Source: Macrostomum lignano
Lineage: Eukaryota
Assembly (NCBI GenBank): GCA_002269645.1
Contig: NIVC01004798.1
Coordinates: 1 to 34,888, forward strand
Direction of reading: 5' to 3'
Length of the DNA: 34,888 nt
In this document: positions 11,901 through 34,888 of the stretch, one piece after another
Layout: every line of letters starts with the position of its first letter
Numbering within the stretch: the stretch's first letter is position 1
Made by a program: the position numbers and the translations under genes
The notes under the pieces: model-generated
The model's database searches: none
Told to the model about the DNA's origin: nothing
Seen by the model: only the letters and a program-made list of their open reading frames with translations

Positions 11901-14010
11901 ATATGCAAAGATTTGTTTAAATGTTTTAATATAAGCTTTTAAAACCTAGAAAACTTGAAATTTATGCTTAAAATGAGCTTTTTTCATCTTTTTTACTCCA
12001 TAATAACTTTTCCATGTGATTCTTTGAAGTGCATACTAGGTATGCATGTACATTATTTTTTAGGAGTGATGATACATGCCAACTGTGCATGCCTACTAAG
12101 AAGGCCAATGCATGCCCAAGTTTTTGGGCATATACTATATGATCTGGAGTATGATATAGGCCTAATAAATTGGCTATCCTATAGAACTGTTTGTAAAACT
12201 TACTTTATGCATATTTTTTAGCTATTGATATGAAACTTTTCAAAAATGAATATTTTCATTATACTAATTTTTTAAGCATTTTAGCATTAAAACTCTATTG
12301 TGGGGGTTGCAACTTAATTTTCATTTGCAATTACTGGGTTTTTCTGACTTTTGACAACTATTAACAATTATGCAATTTTGAATTTGTGCACTGATGTCAT
12401 TGGCAAAAAAACGTGTCTATGATCAAAATTAGTTACAAACTTTGGGGCCTTAAAGAAAAAAGGTTTAGGGTTAGAAATATTTTTTGCTAAGCTACAAATA
12501 CTGCAAATAAATCCATATATTAAAAATGGTTTTTCGGTAGGTATATCTATCTATCTTCTTAAAAATGGCTAGCAGACAACTTTCTTATAGTCAGGAAGAT
12601 GGCCTTTTTTATGGAAAATTCTAGTGCAAAAGGGGGTTGGACATCTGGTGCAATAGCAAGCAAGGGAGAAAAATCCCATTGCAGTATGGCACAAGATACA
12701 AAAAATTGGCACAATTTGTTGCAAGACAAAAACTTCTGACAGGACAATATTTTCTCTGATAGAAAATTAGCATGTTATTTCTTCCATAAAACATTGTATT
12801 TTCCATGAAACAGATTCAAATACAAGTTTTGCCAGTATTTTTTGAATGGAAAATTACTATTTTTTGCATTTTTCATGAAGTTGCGGCACACAGCGTATTC
12901 AAACTTTTTTGATAGGATTTGTTCCGGTGCAAGCATTCCATGATCCTGACTATGGTAACATTCTACCCCAACATGCAATAAAAGTTAAGTTGCAATTTTG
13001 GCTTGCTTTTTACACAATTGTATATTTCAATATGTTGTGCTATGACCTTAAAAAGTTAGGTTTAATTCATGATATTCACACATTGTGATTGGCAAAAAAC
13101 AACATGTGATTTTTTCCTTGTGATCATGACTGTGATCATAGTTGATCCCTACATTTTTGTTTAACTTGTCATTTTGAAAGTTCAAATATGTTTTGTTTAA
13201 AAAGGCTAAAATCTTAGAAGATAGGTTCTAAGATAATTTAAGGTGCGAATCTTACAAATCTATATGGTATTTTTATCTATAAGTACCTAGCCCAGGAAGG
13301 AACATAAAGGCAATGGCCTCTATATAAACATATATTTACTGGTCTGAAAAAAAGGAGCATCAATACTTAAAAAATAAGAGGAAAATATGAATAATAGCTA
13401 GTAAGAGCAGGAATGACAAAGCCAATGCTTAAACCAAGCCATGCTAATGTGCAGTAAAATGATATGTACTTGATTTCTAAGTGTATGTCTATAGGTTTTC
13501 AACATTAATTCCATTGGGGATTTCTACCATTTCAAATATAAATTATTTCAATTTAACTTTATGCATGTATACTGGGGTTTTTGTTAGACATTGTAAAGTG
13601 TAGCTCAAATGATTATTTTCTTAATGTAATAATAGAAAACGTTTTTTTCACTTTTTATTATCACTACACTAGCTAACATGCTAAACTTGCATGCAAAATT
13701 TCCCAACTTTCAGTCAAGTTACTTCTGATTTTAGAACTTTTGCTGAAGAAGAAACTGCTGAAAAACAAAAGCAATTCAGCCTAGTAGTTGACTGCTAGGC
13801 AGTTTTCTCTACTTCAATCAGAACTGTCTATAATTTTCAAATTGTCTCGAGGTTTTGGCCTGGCACGACCAAAGCCCCCAAAGCAGAGTGCAAACGCTGG
13901 CTGATAAAAAGCAACAACAGCAGAAGCAGCAGGCTGGCGCAGATGGCGAGAAATTTGCTGGCGCTTTCATTCCATCCAGCGGCAGCTATGCCAATCTGCC
14001 TCCGCTTGGC

Positions 14011-30335
<16,325 letters not shown>

Positions 30336-30381
30336 CGTTGAAATCAAGTGTGTAAGGCTAGAATTTTTTGTTGTGCTATTC

Positions 30382-30790
30382 GGTTACTAATCGTTTGTTG
30401 CTTAGTAACCGAGATGTTTACCTTTGGATACGGAGGATAAGTTACTTTGCCTAGTAACGGAAGTGTTTACCTTGGATACCGATCAGTTATGTTGCTTAGC
30501 AACGGAAGTGTTTACCTTGGATACCGAACGGTTATTTTGCTTAGCAATGGGAGTTTTTACCTTGGATACCGATCAGTAACTTTGCTTAGCAACGGAAGTG
30601 TTTACCTTTGATACCCAACGGTTATTTTGCTTAGCAACAGTGCTGTTTACCTTGAATACCGAACGGTTATTTTGCTTTGCAACAGGAGTGTTTACCTTGG
30701 ATACCGATTGGTTGACTCGCTTAGTAACGGGAATGGTTATATTAGATCACGATTGGTTATCGTTGCAACGGGAGTGTTTTCCTTGCGTTC
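30382..30790. repeat. Degenerate 45-bp tandem repeat, ~8 copies, just after the LNX stop
   Basis: GTTTACCTTGGATACCGATCAGTTATTTTGCTTAGCAACGGAAGT-like units, 45-bp spacing (30461, 30506, ...). Confidence 0.9.
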
Positions 30791-31208
30791 GTGCTTTATG
30801 GACTGACGTCATCACCATAGCAACTGAGTGTTTCACTACTAATATTTGGTCATAGGTAACGTCTCCGTTCTTATAAACCATTAGCCTTGTGCTACTCTTC
30901 GGTTCAAATTGTGCCATTTTAGTGGTTCTGCAAAAAATATAGACTTCATGTGTAATGGAAGTCGTATGAGAATTGTGTGTGAAAGTCAAGTCGTTTGTTT
31001 TACAATTTCAATCCTTGCTTTCTATTCTTCTTTTAAGATTGTCACACAGTATTGCCTTCGAATTAAAATAATGATCAATTTCTCAAATTTTGTACTTACC
31101 TGCAAATATTGCTAATATAATGGATAATGTTCATGATTTTTCGCTTTTTGTATAGTTTTTTCTTGTTATATCCGCTTACCGCTACTGTTATAAGCAGGTC
31201 AGTTGCAT

Positions 31209-31214
31209 AAATAA
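31209..31214 (+). other. Candidate polyadenylation signal for LNX
   Basis: AATAAA ~0.9 kb after the stop; an alternative lies at 31534-31539. Confidence 0.3.
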
Positions 31215-31629
31215 AGCGTAAATGTCGCTTTTTTATAACTAGTCAGTGGCAAGTTGAGTAAACAAACGTATATTTTTACCCAATTTTGAGTTTCAGCTTT
31301 TTCTTGTATATATTATGTTGTTTATGCATAGCGTTTTTTGTTCATAAAAATTGCCTGACAGAGAATCGCTTCTTGTACACACGAATTCGGGCGCCATTCA
31401 CTGCTGTAATCTTTGGTTTGCTTTTATTGGTATCCGATTATTGTTTCAGCTTATCATATTTCTAGTCTTAACTAATTAAACTTCACGTTGCAACTTATTT
31501 ACTTATTTTTTGTTACTTCTGTTTACCTTGCTTAATAAATATATTTTCAGAGTGCTGGCTGAATTATTAGTATGTTATTAAGCTTCAAAACATGACAGTT
31601 TATGTTGACTAATCCACTCGCATCCACTC

Positions 31630-32218
31630 GTTGCCTAGCAACAAGTTTGCTTACCCTAGATACCGGTTTTTACCTTAGATAAGGATTTATTTAACCAAAA
31701 TACGGGGTTTTTTACCCTAAATATGAGTATGTTTACACTAGATACTGAGTTGCTTACCCTAGGTACGGGTTTGCTCACCCTAGATACGGGTTTGTTTACC
31801 CTAGATATGGGTTTACTTACCCTAGCCACAGGTTTTACCCTAGATACGGGTTTTTTACCCTAGATACGGGTTTGGTTACCCTAGATACTGGTTTGCTTAC
31901 CCTACCCACCGGTTTTACCCTAGATACGGGGTTATTTACCCTAGATACAGGATTGCTTAGTCTAGATACGGGTTTGTTTACACTAGATACGGTTTTTTTT
32001 ACCATAGATGCGGAACAGCGGGTTTGTTTACCCTAGATACGGGTTTTTACCCTATATACGGGTTTTTTACCATTGATACGGGCTTGATTACCCCAGATAT
32101 ATGTTTTTTTACCTTAGATACGGATTTTTTAAATCTAATTCCGGGTTTTTACCATAAATATGGGTGTATATTTACACTTGATACGGAGTTGTTTACCCTA
32201 GATACGGGTTTGCTTACT
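31630..32218. repeat. Degenerate ~21-22-bp tandem repeat (TTACCCTAGATACGGGTTTG)
   Basis: More than 20 eroded copies. Confidence 0.9.
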
Positions 32219-32848
32219 CTTTGTTGCTATGCGACTGATCAGCTGAATAAGATAATTGCTAGTCAAGTTATTTCTCTCGCTTTTTGGTGTCGCATTTTCT
32301 CTTAATTGACGCTCCTTGATGCTGTCGGTCATCTGTTTGAATAGCTTTTTACAAACCATGTCTTCTAATTCTATTATCTGATGCTCGTTTCGCCTCAGTC
32401 TACAGTTTTGATTCTAGTCGGCTGACCAAGCGATCTTTATGGCTTGAAAATATTCAAAGCAGCTCCTGTTCACCTTCGCCCTCTGGATATTTTTGCTTTT
32501 GCTTTTTCATTCATTCCTTTTTCTTTCAATGTGTTAAAAAGATTAACAATTATATAGTGTTTCATTATAATACTTAAATTTCTTCTTTTCGAAGACTTTG
32601 AGAGGCCTTGTCAAAGTTTTCTAACGACGCATGCAGACTGCAGTAAAATCAAATGAATTTTGCTCATAATTTTTTTGCTTCTAAATTTATAATATTAGTA
32701 ATTTATTGTCCAACTTTTTTCTGTACAATTTATTCCCTGTCTGAGCAAGTGGCCTTTGAAAAGTTGTTTCTTAGAAAGCAGAAAATTGGCGGCAAACAAC
32801 AGATTTGAAGCATTCACGCCAGATGCTCTTGATCCGTTGTTTTGGTTG

Positions 32849-33180
32849 CTCTAATTTCACCCCTCTAATGTATCGTATCTCCAACCTCGCCTCTCTAATG
32901 TATCCTATCTCTAATCTCACCCTTCCTATGTATCCTATCTCTAAGCTCAAACCTCCAATGAATACCTCCTATGTCTAATCTCACCCCTCCAATGTATCCC
33001 ATCTTTTATCTAACCCTTCCAATGTATTCTATTCTCTCTTATCTCACCCCTCCAATGAATCTATCCTATCTCTAATTTCACCCCTCCAATGAATCTATCC
33101 TATCTCTAATTTCACCCCTCCAATGAATTTATTCTATCTTTAATCTCACCCCTTTAATGTATCCTATCTCTAATCTCACT
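32849..33180. repeat. Degenerate ~30-35-bp tandem repeat (AATGTATCCTATCTCTAATCTCACCCCTCC-like)
   Basis: About nine eroded copies. Confidence 0.85.
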
Positions 33181-34888
33181 GTTCTTAAACCTCGCGCGTT
33201 TCTGCTCTGTCTGACTGTCTTATGCCATTCTCAGTTTTCTCTATTTCTAATCATGCATGAGTCATTGTCATGATGACCTCTAAATCAAGTGATTTTTATA
33301 TTCGGAGCAGACTGGATCAACAAAGTGTAATTAATAAAATGTTAATTATTTAATTATCTACATACTACTCACTGTATTATTTTACACGATAATTCTTGCA
33401 CTCATAAATCAAAATTTCTCATTTCTGTAATTTTGGCCATAATGTTTACATGTGACACCGACAACTTGACAAGCCTAAGCTTATAAGTCTTGAAATTTTA
33501 GGTGTGTTTGCCTGTCTGTAGTAATTTTTCTATGTATTGTTTAGTATTGAATTATTTTTTCATCATTTTAATGCAATATTAAACAGATTTTTTCCTACCT
33601 GCCTGTGCTATTTATACAATAATCGAATACACTATTTAAAATGCTGCTGAATTCGAGTCATTGATTGATCAGTCACTTAGGTTGATAATTAATGATTTTG
33701 ATTCGTTTATTTGGTTTGTCAGTCAGTCACCTACCTTAATTTTATTATTATTTGCATGCCAATAATATAAACACAAGTAATTAAATTGATTACAACATAC
33801 ATGTGTATTATGCTTATCGTGCAGCTGGTTAATATGCTGCATAGATTTTACTTGTTTATTGATAAATATAATATTCATTTTTATTCTATTCTCAACTCGT
33901 GCATGGATAAATTATAGATATAACAATAATTATTATATAAAGTTAAACTCTATTTACTGAGAGCTTTATAAAGAAAAACGATACAAATCCAATTACGAAT
34001 AAATTGTGTCTTTTTCATTCCTTAATCGAGAAGCTTCCATCGTCCAATTATATACATTCGCTATTCAAAAACGTTTAAACTAAAACCTGTAATTGTAAAA
34101 AGGCTGTTATAAAAATGTCATTAACTTGCTGCGTGGTTAAGACCTAAGAGGCCCCGGCCCAGACAATAAGATGGGTAAGAGGTCTGTACGTTTTATTTTA
34201 AACGCTTTTGGGTGTGGTCCAAGCGTGGCCTTATTTTCTCTCCTTTTTAGCTAAGCAAGCGGAATCATTCTTATTCCGCACTCGCACCCTATAAAACAGG
34301 CCTAGGCCTATACCCCTATAGTATAGATAAGATTAAGTATGTGTGATAAACTGTCACGTGACCGCAGTTTTAAGCCAATCAGAGTCTTAATAAAAGCATC
34401 CCCTGCCCCAACAGTCCGCCTTCCTCTCCTTTCTGTTCTGGCCGGGCGGCTACTCCTAATTTTAATGCGATTTTACAACCCGTCCGCCCGCCCGACACCC
34501 CGTCCCTACCCTCTAGCTGCAGGAGCTTGGACCTTAAAATAAATTGCTATTAAACAACGTTAATATAGGCTTCATTCAACCTAAGATTAGATTTGGACTG
34601 GAGTGTTGCAACTTGCTAGCAAATAGCAATCCGCATTGATTGAGAACGACTACTACGAACAATACATGTTATTGCATGTGTACGTCTAATAATTAGCAAT
34701 ACAAAGATGGTAGAAAATTGACTTGTGACTTGTGAAACAATGGGTAAATATGAATTGAACAATCAAAATGCTTTTTATTTTGCAATTTCGTAACATCAAA
34801 TAGTTCAAGAGGATTCTGTGATGATTTACATTTACATGTAAAAAATCCTATTAATGCCACTGCATGCAATATACGAGCGTACAGAATA

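Noticed and set aside
11452-12473. Interstitial telomeric TTAGGG
   Set aside because: Only isolated single hexamers, no array

Overview
Eukaryotic (animal) genomic DNA: GC-rich exons in AT-rich, repeat-laden introns, with no prokaryotic genes or CRISPR. The style (Q/P/A-rich exons, TGTC and GATA arrays, RTE remnants) is consistent with a free-living flatworm such as Macrostomum, which is inference only. The main gene is a + strand LNX1/2-like E3 ubiquitin ligase (Zn finger, RING, two TRAF-type Zn fingers, four PDZ domains). Ten canonical exons (15192-30335) splice in frame to 760 aa, and a probable extra 5' exon appears to join through a GC-AG intron. Upstream lie an unexplained coding-like block (427-1904), decayed RTE LINE fragments and a 1203-bp non-autonomous P-superfamily DNA transposon with perfect 71-bp TIRs, an 8-bp TSD and THAP/transposase remnants. 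Most LNX introns carry their own tandem array, including a 36-bp satellite with a 496-bp higher-order repeat and an 80-bp array of Pol III box-like motifs. Two inverted CORE-type SINE copies bracket a 1020-nt, frame-symmetric block of seven exons. I see no clear wholly new system; the best leads are the P element, the LNX architecture, the inverted-SINE exon block, the GC-AG intron, and the Pol III-box and X-box arrays.
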